From contig WFVD01000004.1 in assembly GCA_015491865.1 (NCBI GenBank), positions 17,294-81,293 on the forward strand: a stretch of DNA of 64,000 nt. Reading direction: 5' to 3'. This DNA is from Gammaproteobacteria bacterium. GTDB lineage: Bacteria; Pseudomonadota; Gammaproteobacteria; SZUA-140. The number at the start of each line of letters is the position of its first letter. The stretch's first letter is position 1. Under the pieces are notes generated by a model. The model was not told where the DNA came from and did no database searches. It saw only the letters and a list, made by a program, of their open reading frames with translations. Shown here piece after piece: positions 45,605-55,194 of the stretch. The position numbers and the translations under genes are program-made.

Positions 45605-48568
45605 GTGCAAGATTTTCTCCCCGGCCAACGCTGGATTAGTAACGCTGAAGTTCAAATGGGACTGGGCACCGTTCTCAGCTGTGAACACCGCACCGTCACC
45701 ATCGTTTTCATGGCCACCGGCGAGACCCGGACCTACGCCAAGCTGACCGCACCGCTCACTCGCGTGGTTTTTTCGCTCGGTGACAAAATAAAAGCGCACG
45801 ACGGCTGGACATTAAAGATTTCACAGGTCGAAGAAAATGACGGGCTGATCCTCTACCGCGGCTACGATGAAAACGGGAAAACACGCGAACTCCCTGAAGG
45901 GGGGCTGGATAATTTCATTAAACTCAACCGCCCTGCTGAACGCCTCTTCAGCGGGCAAATTGATAAAAACAGATGGTTTGAGCTGCGCCAGCAGAGCCAC
46001 ATTCACGCCAATCGCCAGGCACGCAGTGAACTACTCGGACTAACCGGCGTTCGCACCAGCCTGATTCCTCATCAGCTTTACATCGCTAATGAAGTCGCTA
46101 ACCGTTACGCCCCGCGGGTACTGCTTGCCGATGAGGTGGGGCTGGGCAAAACCATCGAAGCGGGGATGATCATCCATCAACAGCTACTGACAGAACGAGC
46201 CAGGCGTGTCCTGATTATTGTGCCAGAGAGCCTGATCCACCAGTGGCTGGTTGAGATGTTACGCCGTTTTAATCTCCATTTCAGCATCTTCGACGAAGCA
46301 CGCTGCCAGGCTATTTGCGGCTATCACGCTGAAGATGAAGCGCACCCTGGCGATAAGGTTGATGATCCAGCGACAGCGGATGAGGAGGGTGATCGCAACC
46401 CATTTAACAGCGAACAGCTGGTGCTTTGTAGCCTTGAGTTTCTTGTACAACAACAAGAACATTTCCAGCAGGCACTGGATGCAGAGTGGGATCTACTGGT
46501 GGTCGATGAAGCGCATCACCTTGAGTGGAGTCCGCAGCAGTCGAGCATTGAGTACCAGCGTATTGAACAGCTCGCGGCAGTCACCAAAGGGGTATTGCTG
46601 CTGACCGCAACACCCGAACAGCTCGGCAAGGCGAGCCACTTTGCACGCCTGCGGCTGCTGGACCCTGACCGCTTCCCCAGTCTCGAACGCTTTATCGAAG
46701 AAGAGCAGCACTACGCACCCATCGCCGAGGCGGTTGAGGCCCTGCTTGATCAGGCACCATTAAGCGAAAGCGCGCGTGCAACGCTCGCGACAACACTTAA
46801 CGAAGGGGACAACCAACGGCTACTGGAAAAGCTCGAACAACTGGACAACCGCGATGACGAAAGTGGCATTAGAAATGAGTTAACGGAACATCTACTCGAT
46901 CGGCACGGCACTGGCCGTGTGCTGTTTCGCAACACCCGCGCCGCGATCAAAGGCTTTCCAGATCGGCAGGTAACAGGCTACCCATTACCACAGCCGAGCG
47001 CCTATCGCGACTGCCTGCTACAGCTGATGCTTGATCAGGCGGTGGAGACACGCCAGCTGCTCTGTCCTGAACTCGCCTGTCAGACCGTTACAACGGGACA
47101 GAGCTGGACATCCGTTGACCCCCGCGTTGCATGGCTGAGCGCCAAACTCAAAGCGCTACAACCGGCCAAGGTACTGGTCATCGCTGCCGATGCAGGCACC
47201 GCCATGGATCTCGCCGATGCGCTGCGTAAAAAAGATGGCGTCTACCCTGCACTCTTTCACGAGCACCTATCGATTGTTGAGCGTGATCGTGCCGCCGCCT
47301 ATTTCTCAGATCCTGATTACGGCAGCCCTATTTTAATCTGCTCTGAAATTGGTAGTGAAGGGCGCAATTTTCAATTTGCCCACCACCTGGTCCTGTTTGA
47401 CCTGCCGCTAAATCCCGACCTGCTGGAACAGCGCATCGGACGACTTGATCGTATTGGCCAACAGAACACTATCGAAATTCATGTGCCGTTCATGGAAAAG
47501 ACAGCACAGGAGGTGATCTACCGCTGGTATCATGAAGGGCTTAACGCCTTTGAACAGACCTGTCCGGCTGGCCATAACGTCTTCACCAGACTGATGCCGA
47601 CACTGATCGAGACCCTCTATCAGGTTGATGCAGATGATGAGAATCATAACGACCTGAGCACGCTAATCGCCACCACACAGAAGATCCACAGTGAGTTAAA
47701 CGAGGCACTGCACAACGGCCGCGACCAGCTACTGGAATACAACTCCTGTCGCCCACACATCGCAGAGCAGTTAAAAGCCACTGCGAGTGACAATGAGCAC
47801 AGTGAGCTGCTATCCGATTACCTCTCTCGCGTGTTTGACTGTTACGGTATCGACAGTGAACACCACAGCGATGCGTGCCAGATCATCCGCCCGGGTAACC
47901 ATATGCAGAACAGTAGTTTCCCGGGACTGCACAGCGAAGGGATGACCATCACCTATGAACGCGACACCGCGCTAACCAATGAAGATGTACATTACATCAC
48001 CTGGGAACACCCGCTCACAACGGGTGCAATGGAGATGCTGCTCAATAATGAACAGGGCAACACCGCTATTGCGGCGATTAAGCACCCTGGAATCAAGGCA
48101 GGAACTCTATTACTGGAGTGCCTCTTTGTGCTGGAAAGTAGCGCCAATAGCGCACTACAATCGAACCGTTATCTACCGCCCACATTAATTCGCGTGATGA
48201 TCGACCCTCAGGGACGCGACTACAGCAATGATCTCTCCAGTGAAAAGCTAGAGGCGATTCGAGCCAAAGTGGATCGTGAAACTGCCCGTAAGATCATCCG
48301 CGCCTTCGGAAAAAAACTGCGCGAAATGGTGCCGCTTGCAGAGCAACATGCAGAGCGCGTTGCGCCCGTTTTTCTACAGGAAGCAGAGGCGCGCGCTCAG
48401 ACGATGCTAAACAGAGAGATCAATCGCCTTAAAGCGCTGCAGAAGGTAAACCCCAATGTGCGCAACGATGAGATTCAGTTTTTTGAAACGCAGTTAGCGG
48501 CTTTGACTCAGGCGATAAAAGCGGCCCACCTGCGGCTCGATGCAGTACGCGTCATCATCAGCACTTAA
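45605..48568 (+). CDS. rapA: RNA polymerase-associated SWI/SNF helicase RapA (HepA)
   Basis: 987 aa; N-terminal LPGQRWISNAE..LGLGTV; SNF2 ATPase motifs (DEVGLGKTIEAG, DEAHHL); GTG start by my reading. Confidence 0.9.
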   Translation: MQDFLPGQRWISNAEVQMGLGTVLSCEHRTVTIVFMATGETRTYAKLTAPLTRVVFSLGDKIKAHDGWTLKISQVEENDGLILYRGYDENGKTRELPEGGLDNFIKLNRPAERLFSGQIDKNRWFELRQQSHIHANRQARSELLGLTGVRTSLIPHQLYIANEVANRYAPRVLLADEVGLGKTIEAGMIIHQQLLTERARRVLIIVPESLIHQWLVEMLRRFNLHFSIFDEARCQAICGYHAEDEAHPGDKVDDPATADEEGDRNPFNSEQLVLCSLEFLVQQQEHFQQALDAEWDLLVVDEAHHLEWSPQQSSIEYQRIEQLAAVTKGVLLLTATPEQLGKASHFARLRLLDPDRFPSLERFIEEEQHYAPIAEAVEALLDQAPLSESARATLATTLNEGDNQRLLEKLEQLDNRDDESGIRNELTEHLLDRHGTGRVLFRNTRAAIKGFPDRQVTGYPLPQPSAYRDCLLQLMLDQAVETRQLLCPELACQTVTTGQSWTSVDPRVAWLSAKLKALQPAKVLVIAADAGTAMDLADALRKKDGVYPALFHEHLSIVERDRAAAYFSDPDYGSPILICSEIGSEGRNFQFAHHLVLFDLPLNPDLLEQRIGRLDRIGQQNTIEIHVPFMEKTAQEVIYRWYHEGLNAFEQTCPAGHNVFTRLMPTLIETLYQVDADDENHNDLSTLIATTQKIHSELNEALHNGRDQLLEYNSCRPHIAEQLKATASDNEHSELLSDYLSRVFDCYGIDSEHHSDACQIIRPGNHMQNSSFPGLHSEGMTITYERDTALTNEDVHYITWEHPLTTGAMEMLLNNEQGNTAIAAIKHPGIKAGTLLLECLFVLESSANSALQSNRYLPPTLIRVMIDPQGRDYSNDLSSEKLEAIRAKVDRETARKIIRAFGKKLREMVPLAEQHAERVAPVFLQEAEARAQTMLNREINRLKALQKVNPNVRNDEIQFFETQLAALTQAIKAAHLRLDAVRVIIST

Positions 48569-48734
48569 AGGCGCAATAGCACGCAGCACAATCCTAATTT
48601 ATACTCGAGCGACAGGTTGATGGCACCGATAGCCGCAATTTCCAGTCGCATCCACTCATCGCTGCGCGCCACCCATCCTGCCTCCTGGATCTATAGCAGG
48701 CCGGTTAACGCTCATTGCCAATCTATTGAAAGAG

Positions 48735-48800
48735 GAGTAAAATTTTTGCGTAAGCGTGCAATGGGCTTTCCCTTAAGGGCAACTAGCGAGAGTAAAATTT
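48735..48800 (+). repeat. 12-nt exact direct repeat GAGTAAAATTTT x2 (48735-48746 and 48790-48801); second copy supplies the RBS of the Nif11-like ORF
   Basis: read directly; between them lies the 10-bp palindrome CCCTTAAGGG (48770-48779). Confidence 0.5.
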
Positions 48801-48801
48801 T

Positions 48802-49017
48802 ATGGCTTTAGACCAACTCAAGGCATTTTTACAAAAAATGCAGTCTGAACCTGCTCTTAAAGATGAGGTGCTCGCCTCATCAACCGCGGATGATGTTGCG
48901 CAGATAGCACTAAAGCTTGGCTTTGAATTTTCAGGAGATGAACTATTGAGAATGTCCGGCAAGAAAGTGGGCAGGGTGACTGTTAAAAAAAACGATCTCC
49001 CCGGAGAATACAATTAA
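48802..49017 (+). CDS. Nif11-domain small protein (Nif11/NHLP-type leader-peptide-like)
   Basis: 71 aa; MALDQLKAFLQKMQSEPALKDEVLASSTADDVAQIALKLGFEFSGDEL closely matches the Nif11 leader consensus; short basic C-terminal tail, no Cys. Confidence 0.6.
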   Translation: MALDQLKAFLQKMQSEPALKDEVLASSTADDVAQIALKLGFEFSGDELLRMSGKKVGRVTVKKNDLPGEYN

Positions 49018-49426
49018 ACGCTTTTTAAATATCAGATTTTAATAACCCCCCATCGCCCTCAGATCAAGCCAACCTCGCCTCGATTAAATAGACTCTCAAT
49101 AACGATTCCCTGGCGTATCGCCCAAACAGAAGAGAAAAACCACCCGATTGATCGCGCCTGTCAGCGCCTCAAGTGTTGTGCCATACAGCGGGCAGCTTGC
49201 TCATCATCGAGTAAAACTGACGATAAAATGACGGAGTAAAGTAATAAAGAGTTGACATCTCAAACAGCCCTACCATTTTCATATCAGCTTAGTGTACACT
49301 CGAGCTATCTGCAGGTTTTGGTATAGGCGGTTTTGGTTGACCCTCTCCAGCGCACCACCTGAATATTACAGCTTAAAGCTGCAGACTTTGGTGATAATGT
49401 TTAAACAGAATAAAAAGGTGAGTGTA

Positions 49427-49630
49427 ATGGCAACAGGTACAGTTAAGTGGTTCAATGATTCAAAAGGCTTTGGTTTTATCGCTCAGGACAACGGTGGCGA
49501 TGATGTATTCGTTCACTTCAGAGCAATTTCAGGCGACGGCTTCAAGACCCTTACAGAAGGTCAGAAAGTCAGCTACGAAGTTGAGCAAGGCCCAAAAGGT
49601 CCTTCAGCTGCAAACGTAGTTCCTGAATAA
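49427..49630 (+). CDS. cold-shock protein (CspA family), second paralog
   Basis: [18 protein letters not shown]..; RBS AAGGTG; roughly 150-nt 5' leader. Confidence 0.88.
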   Translation: MATGTVKWFNDSKGFGFIAQDNGGDDVFVHFRAISGDGFKTLTEGQKVSYEVEQGPKGPSAANVVPE

Positions 49631-49660
49631 CGGCTAACAGCCCTATTCAGTATTATTAAA

Positions 49661-49693
49661 GAGAGCCTGGCACTGCCCGGTTCTCTTTTTTAT
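49661..49693 (+). terminator. rho-independent terminator after cspA-family gene 2
   Basis: stem GAGAGCC/GGTTCTC (one G.U pair), 11-nt loop, then TTTTTTATTT. Confidence 0.55.
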
Positions 49694-49816
49694 TTCACAC
49701 TGAACCATTCATTTGCATCGATCAACCGCACTGCATTATCGCGGGCAAGGTTGATTTTCATCGCATCGATAACCTGCTACTTCCGTATGACAGGTTGACT
49801 ACCGGGGAGAAGACCT

Positions 49817-50227
49817 ATGCGTCTATACAGAGAGGCCGCACTGGCTATATTTTTAATGCTTGGCATGAGTTTTGCTCATGCGGGTGACGCTACTAAAACC
49901 GTTGAAGCGGTTAATCTTGAGAAGACCACGCTGAAAGGCCAGGTTGTCACCATTCATGGTACCGTGACCAAAGCCAACAACGGCATCATGAAACGTAACT
50001 TCATCCATATCAAAGACGGTACGGGTGAAGGGGAAACAGCCAGTCTGATCGTCACCAGTCAGGAGAGTGCCAACCCGGGTGATCAGGTTACTGTTACTGG
50101 CACTGTTGCACTTGATACCGATTTCGGTTTTGGATACCTCTACCCACTCCTGATCGAAAAAGCATCCATCAAGCAGGCGGGTGACGGATCTGCTTCTCAC
50201 GCCACTTCACACGATCACGATCACTAA
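49817..50227 (+). CDS. secreted small protein, possibly an OB-fold (YgiW/BOF-like), with a His/Asp-rich C-terminal tail
   Basis: 136 aa; signal peptide MRLYREAALAIFLMLGMSFAHA; C-terminal HATSHDHDH suggests metal binding. Confidence 0.4.
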   Translation: MRLYREAALAIFLMLGMSFAHAGDATKTVEAVNLEKTTLKGQVVTIHGTVTKANNGIMKRNFIHIKDGTGEGETASLIVTSQESANPGDQVTVTGTVALDTDFGFGYLYPLLIEKASIKQAGDGSASHATSHDHDH

Positions 50228-50287
50228 CTGATTGCGTGCTGTGGTCAGCTGCTAACAGGTGACCACAGCACTGCCCTGCACAAAACC

Positions 50288-51484
50288 ATGACGACTAACG
50301 CTGATGTGATCATCATCGGTGCCAGCGCCTCGGGGCTGATGTGTGCAATTGAGGCCGGCAAACGCGGCCGCGGTGTGGTGGTACTCGATCACGCCAATAA
50401 AGCCGGTAAAAAAATCCTGATGTCTGGTGGAGGGCGCTGTAACTTCACCAACTACCATGTCGATGCAGGTCACTACCTGTCACACAATCCACATTTCTGT
50501 AAATCAGCCCTGAGTCGCTTTACCCAGTGGGATTTTCTGGCACTGATCGATAAATACCAGATCCCATTTCATGAACGTGCCCACGGCCAGCTCTTTTGTG
50601 ACGGGAGTGCGAAAGAGATCCTCGATATGCTACTGACAGAAGCTCGGCTGGCCAACGTTACCATCCGGCTCAACACACAAATCGACGCCATCCATCAAGG
50701 TAATAGCAGCCACTCCGCTCATAATTTTGAACTATGCACCACACTGGGCAGCTACCGCTGCTCATCGCTTGTGGTCGCAAGCGGCGGCCTCTCCATTCCC
50801 CGGATGGGCGCATCCCCATTTGGTTACAGGCTTGCAGAACAGTTTGGCATCAAGGTCTGGCCAACCCGTGCAGGGCTGGTACCCCTGACGCTGCAACCCA
50901 GTGATAAGGCTCAGCTCGCGCCACTATCCGGTATCGCCATCGACAGTTATGTTAGCTGCGCGCATCAAGGATTCAGAGAAAACACACTCTTTACCCATCG
51001 CGGACTGAGTGGCCCAGCGATCCTGCAGATATCATCCTACTGGGAGGCGGGTGAAACTGTCACGATAGATCTCGCTCCTGAGATCGCGATCATGGATCAA
51101 TTACGTACTATTCAACAGCAGCGCCCCCAGCTTCAGTTGAAAAATGCGCTACAGAACTGGCTACCCAAGCGAGTGGTTACCACCATGTTAAAAGCCCTTC
51201 CGCTCGATGCACCCCTGCTGTCACTCTCATCACACCAGCTCACAGAGATTGATGACTACATACATAACTGGAAGATCAAACCCAATGGCACAGAGGGGTA
51301 TCGCACAGCTGAAGTCACTATCGGCGGAATCGATTGTGAGCTGCTCTCATCAAAGACGATGGAAAGCACGCAGATAAAAGGGCTCTTTTTTATTGGTGAA
51401 GTCGTAGATGTGACAGGCTGGCTAGGGGGCTATAACTTCCAGTGGGCCTGGTCATCCGGCTGGTGCGCAGGGCAATATGTGTGA
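50288..51484 (+). CDS. HI0933/YhiN-family FAD-dependent oxidoreductase (aminoacetone-oxidase-like / BaiN-like)
   Basis: 398 aa; GxGxxG FAD-binding fold (VIIIGASASGLMCAIEAG) and MSGGGRCNFTN. Confidence 0.75.
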   Translation: MTTNADVIIIGASASGLMCAIEAGKRGRGVVVLDHANKAGKKILMSGGGRCNFTNYHVDAGHYLSHNPHFCKSALSRFTQWDFLALIDKYQIPFHERAHGQLFCDGSAKEILDMLLTEARLANVTIRLNTQIDAIHQGNSSHSAHNFELCTTLGSYRCSSLVVASGGLSIPRMGASPFGYRLAEQFGIKVWPTRAGLVPLTLQPSDKAQLAPLSGIAIDSYVSCAHQGFRENTLFTHRGLSGPAILQISSYWEAGETVTIDLAPEIAIMDQLRTIQQQRPQLQLKNALQNWLPKRVVTTMLKALPLDAPLLSLSSHQLTEIDDYIHNWKIKPNGTEGYRTAEVTIGGIDCELLSSKTMESTQIKGLFFIGEVVDVTGWLGGYNFQWAWSSGWCAGQYV

Positions 51485-51581
51485 ACAGCCTCCGGCAATT
51501 TTTTATAAACAGCCGGGCTTTGACAAAGAAGAAGTCATGTCTTTTTTCACCCTCCCTTTTCGGCCTTCCAGAGTGTGCCAT

Positions 51582-52007
51582 TCAATCACCATTGAGTGGC
51601 AACACCATCTTTCGATGCGCTATTCCGGCATCCATAAAAACAGCGCCCACCGCCTCAAAACCGATACGCTGGTAAAAAGGGATTGCCCTGATCTGGGCAG
51701 CCAGCATGACAGCTGGGTACTCTGCATTGCGTGCAATCTCGACCATAGCCGTCAATAACTGCCTCCCTACCCCCAAACCTCGCCATGATTTCAGTACAGC
51801 AACACGCCCAATCTTACCGTCAGCGTTCATTCGTGCAGTGCCCACCGCCGTGTCGCCGTCCATCGCCAGCAACTGCCAGCACGCCTCATCGAGACCGTCC
51901 CACTCTAGCTCGACTGGCACATGCTGCTCGTCGATAAAGACGGCCTGACGAATTGGGCGAATCAACGTCTCACTCTCCGCCCACTCAACCTGCTCAATCC
52001 GAATCAT
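51582..52007 (-). CDS. GNAT-family N-acetyltransferase
   Basis: acetyl-CoA binding motif (RGLGVGRQLL); probable start MIRIEQVEW inside the longer track ORF. Confidence 0.7.
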   Translation of the reverse strand: MIRIEQVEWAESETLIRPIRQAVFIDEQHVPVELEWDGLDEACWQLLAMDGDTAVGTARMNADGKIGRVAVLKSWRGLGVGRQLLTAMVEIARNAEYPAVMLAAQIRAIPFYQRIGFEAVGAVFMDAGIAHRKMVLPLNGD

Positions 52008-53196
52008 CGTCAAAATAGAGATGCCCTTCATTGTAGAGATGACATAGCAGTGCTGCGTTGCCATCTACTTCCAGCAGTTCACGCCACTCCTCTGCAGAGT
52101 GGATGCGCTGATCGCACAGTCGATAGATCGCATCTTTCATTATCTGCTCAAGCGTGAACATCTCTCCTGCGACAAATAACAGCACCGATGAGGGCTGGTT
52201 GATGCAGGCAAAACGGCTCAATTCACAGCGCCACAACGTTTCACCCTGGCGAAATCGGGCCATAAATGCCTCCACCGTGAGCGGCTTCAGTTGTGGCTCT
52301 ACATGGTCACCGCTCTTCGATTCCGTGACAACTCGCCCGAACCAGTGGGCAATATCATCGTCATTAAGTGGCATCCGTTGAATGATCTCACGCACACGCT
52401 GCAGCGCGGCAGGGGTGATCTCTCCCGCATGTGGTTGCAGCATGAGCTCTGGGTCTCGGTAGTGGCTGACTGATAAGCGCTGCTCTTCAGCCAGGTAATC
52501 GACAAAACTGGTGATCATGTCACACTCGGCCGGTGCGCGAAAGCCAACCGAGTAGGTAAGACTATCGCCGAGTGCGACGCCGTGATGAATGATGCCCGGC
52601 GGAAGGTAGAGCATATCCCCCTCCTCCAGTTCCCAGCACTGTTCCGCTTCAAAACGGGAGAGAATCTGCAGATCAATGCCACCAATCAGGTCATCATCAT
52701 ACACCTCAGCAGAGGAGATCTGCCAACGTTTACGTCCCAGCCCTTGCAGTAAAAAAACATCGTATTGATCGACATGCGGGCCGACCGAACCACCGTCTGG
52801 CGAGTAACTCACCATGATGTCATCGATGCGCCAGCTCGGGATAAAACGGAACGACTCCAGCAACTGCGCCAGCGCCGGTACATATTTCTGCACCTCCTGA
52901 ATCAACAGTGTCCAGTGGCTTTGTGGCAGTTCAGAAAAGAGCGTTTCATCAAAGGGGCCATGTCTCAGTTGCCACGGCAGTTGCTCGCTGTTCTCAGCTA
53001 CCGGGCTGGTACTGCGGTTTTCAATCACAAGGCGCGATTCGATCCCCTCTTCGCACGCCATACCGGCAATTTCATCGGGGGAGAGTGGCGTTGTAAAGGC
53101 GGGAAATGCGCCCTTTATCAGCAGCGGTTTTTTCTGCCAGTAGTCGGCCAGAAACTGCTCGGCACTCATCCCGTCAGGCAGTGGGTATTCCATCAC
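51994..53196 (-). CDS. roxA: ribosomal protein uL16 arginine hydroxylase (cupin-4 / JmjC; YcfD-RoxA family)
   Basis: 400 aa; strong block identity with E. coli YcfD (LADYWQKKP, SWRIDDIMVSYS, GGSVGPHVDQYDVFLLQG). Confidence 0.8.
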   Translation of the reverse strand: MMEYPLPDGMSAEQFLADYWQKKPLLIKGAFPAFTTPLSPDEIAGMACEEGIESRLVIENRSTSPVAENSEQLPWQLRHGPFDETLFSELPQSHWTLLIQEVQKYVPALAQLLESFRFIPSWRIDDIMVSYSPDGGSVGPHVDQYDVFLLQGLGRKRWQISSAEVYDDDLIGGIDLQILSRFEAEQCWELEEGDMLYLPPGIIHHGVALGDSLTYSVGFRAPAECDMITSFVDYLAEEQRLSVSHYRDPELMLQPHAGEITPAALQRVREIIQRMPLNDDDIAHWFGRVVTESKSGDHVEPQLKPLTVEAFMARFRQGETLWRCELSRFACINQPSSVLLFVAGEMFTLEQIMKDAIYRLCDQRIHSAEEWRELLEVDGNAALLCHLYNEGHLYFDDDSD

Positions 53197-53236
53197 GAAG
53201 CGCTCGCGATACTGTTACTCATTCGGACATGTGGCA

Positions 53237-54607
53237 TTAGCGGATCACCTGATAACAAGGGGTGTAAGTACTCCCCGGCAGCTTCATTCGTTGCTGCGAT
53301 ACAAATGAACTTAGCAGTGTATCCAGTTGCGCCATGATATCGGCATCACCACGAATCTCAAAATGGCCATGCGCTTCAATCGCACGAATCCCTTCATCTT
53401 TTACATTACCGGCCACAACCCCGGAAAAAGCGCGTCGAAGGTTTGCTGCCAGTAGATGGGGTGCCTGATTTTTATGTAGCGCCAGGCGACTCATGTTCTC
53501 ATGCGTTGGCTCAAATGGGTGCTGAAAGAGAGCCCCAATCTTCAGATACCAGTTAAAGTAAAAGGCATCACCCTTATCGATGCGGAACTGTCTCACCGCT
53601 TCAATGCCTGCCGATATCGTTCGCGCGACCTGTACCGGATCATTAATAATAATCTGATAGTGTGCCTGCGCCTGCGCACCAAGCGTGGCTGTAATAAATT
53701 GATCAATCTGCTCAAAGTAGTCGCGCGCGCTTTCCGGCCCGGTCAGGATCAATGGAAACGGTACCCCCTTATTCTCTGGATGCAGCAGGATACCAAGCAG
53801 ATAGAGGATCTCTTCAGCGGTACCCGCGCCACCAGGGAAGACAACAATGCCGTGGGCAGTGCGCACAAAGGCCTCCAGCCGCTTTTCGATGTCGGGGAAA
53901 ATCACCAGATTATTGACAATAGGATTGGGCGATTCAGCGGCAATAATCCCTGGCTCGGTAAGCCCGATATACTGGCCATCCAGAATGCGCTGTTTTGCGT
54001 GGCCCACTGCCGCCCCTTTCATCGGCCCTTTCATCGCGCCCGGACCACAACCGGTACCGACATCAATGCCGCGCAGCCCCATCTCATAGCCAACAACCTT
54101 GGTGTAGTCGTATTCATGCCGACTAATGGAGTGTCCACCCCAGCAGACCACTAAATTAGGCTTGGTACGTGGGTGGAGAATATTGGCATTGCGCAGGATA
54201 TGAAACACAGCATTGGTGATCCCTTCCGAGTCGGTAAGATCGAAGGTGGGATTGTCCTCTATTTCATCGCTCACATAGATGATATCCCGCAGCACTGCAA
54301 ACAGATGTTCACTGATACCTTTGATCATCTTGCCATCGACAAAAGCGCTTGGTGGGGCATTTTTTACCTCGAGTTTAATGCCGCGCTCCTGCTGAATCAC
54401 GCTGATATCAAAATCCGGATATCGCTCCAGCAGTGCCTTGCCATCATCGAGATCACTACCACAGTTGAGCACTGCCAGTGAGCAGTTGCGAAACATGGTA
54501 TAGAGTCCGCCCTGGCTTCGGTCTAGTAACTTCCTGACCTCAACGCGCGAAAGCACATCCATATGCCCTTGCGGGGTAATTCTTGCATCGACTACTTCAT
54601 CTGTCAT
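53237..54607 (-). CDS. ppnN: pyrimidine/purine nucleotide 5'-monophosphate nucleosidase (LOG-family, YgdH/PpnN)
   Basis: 456 aa; PGGxGTxxE LOG motif (FPGGAGTAEE); size and domain order match E. coli PpnN. Confidence 0.8.
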   Translation of the reverse strand: MTDEVVDARITPQGHMDVLSRVEVRKLLDRSQGGLYTMFRNCSLAVLNCGSDLDDGKALLERYPDFDISVIQQERGIKLEVKNAPPSAFVDGKMIKGISEHLFAVLRDIIYVSDEIEDNPTFDLTDSEGITNAVFHILRNANILHPRTKPNLVVCWGGHSISRHEYDYTKVVGYEMGLRGIDVGTGCGPGAMKGPMKGAAVGHAKQRILDGQYIGLTEPGIIAAESPNPIVNNLVIFPDIEKRLEAFVRTAHGIVVFPGGAGTAEEILYLLGILLHPENKGVPFPLILTGPESARDYFEQIDQFITATLGAQAQAHYQIIINDPVQVARTISAGIEAVRQFRIDKGDAFYFNWYLKIGALFQHPFEPTHENMSRLALHKNQAPHLLAANLRRAFSGVVAGNVKDEGIRAIEAHGHFEIRGDADIMAQLDTLLSSFVSQQRMKLPGSTYTPCYQVIR

Positions 54608-54673
54608 TGCCTGCTCTTCTCTCTCATTGTCTATTTAATTGATCCTGTCATAAACCCGCACCATACGGCCTAA

Positions 54674-54703
54674 AGTTCCAGTTCCAGTTCCAGTTCCAGT
54701 TTC
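54674..54703. repeat. tandem hexanucleotide repeat (AGTTCC)4 + AGTTTC
   Basis: read directly; about 67 nt upstream of the ppnN start on the opposite strand, in a divergent intergenic region. Confidence 0.9.
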
Positions 54704-54957
54704 TGTTTACATCCCGGTGAGAGAACTGCTCTCGATATTGCAGACCGCCAGAAGCCACCTCCAGAACCAGTTAACCCTGCTAAATTAGACGACCATTTCG
54801 CTTAAAGCTTAACCAGAACTTGCCCTATCTTATCGCTACCTTCTCCACTGGAGCGGCTCAAAACAGTTACCTTTTCCCTGTTTTCATGGTAAAGTTTCTA
54901 TCCTGAGTGTATCACTCAACTACTCTAGTAACCCTCAATTTAAAAAGGTTTATTGCA

Positions 54958-55131
54958 ATGAACGTAGATCAGCATCTGAAAGTAGCACAATGGCACATCG
55001 AACAGGCAAGATTACACGCAACTCAGGAAGGCTACAGCTGTGGCTGCCCAGCAAACAGCCATGACCAGAAAGCGATTGATGCAGTAGAATCTGGCATCAT
55101 CGAAGAAGAGACTGCCTGCGCGACCAGCTAA
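54958..55131 (+). CDS. small hypothetical protein (57 aa, 4 Cys)
   Basis: good RBS (AAAAAGG, 10 nt upstream of the ATG at 54958); followed immediately by two stem-loops and a T-run; no recognisable family. Confidence 0.4.
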   Translation: MNVDQHLKVAQWHIEQARLHATQEGYSCGCPANSHDQKAIDAVESGIIEEETACATS

Positions 55132-55140
55132 ATAGAACTT

Positions 55141-55194
55141 CAGGCGAAACGCCTGAACGGCTATTTAAAACCCGTCCTGTGAGACGGGTTTTTT
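55141..55194. terminator. tandem hairpins: TTCAGGCG-AAA-CGCCTGAA and CCCGTC-CTGTGA-GACGGG flanked by A4/T6 (bidirectional terminator)
   Basis: perfect stems read directly; serve the small ORF (+) and the globin gene (-). Confidence 0.75.

Noticed and set aside
45494-45799. 101-aa minus-strand ORF upstream of and overlapping the rapA start
   Set aside because: It overlaps the well-supported rapA N-terminus, has no RBS, and its product has no recognisable features; likely spurious.
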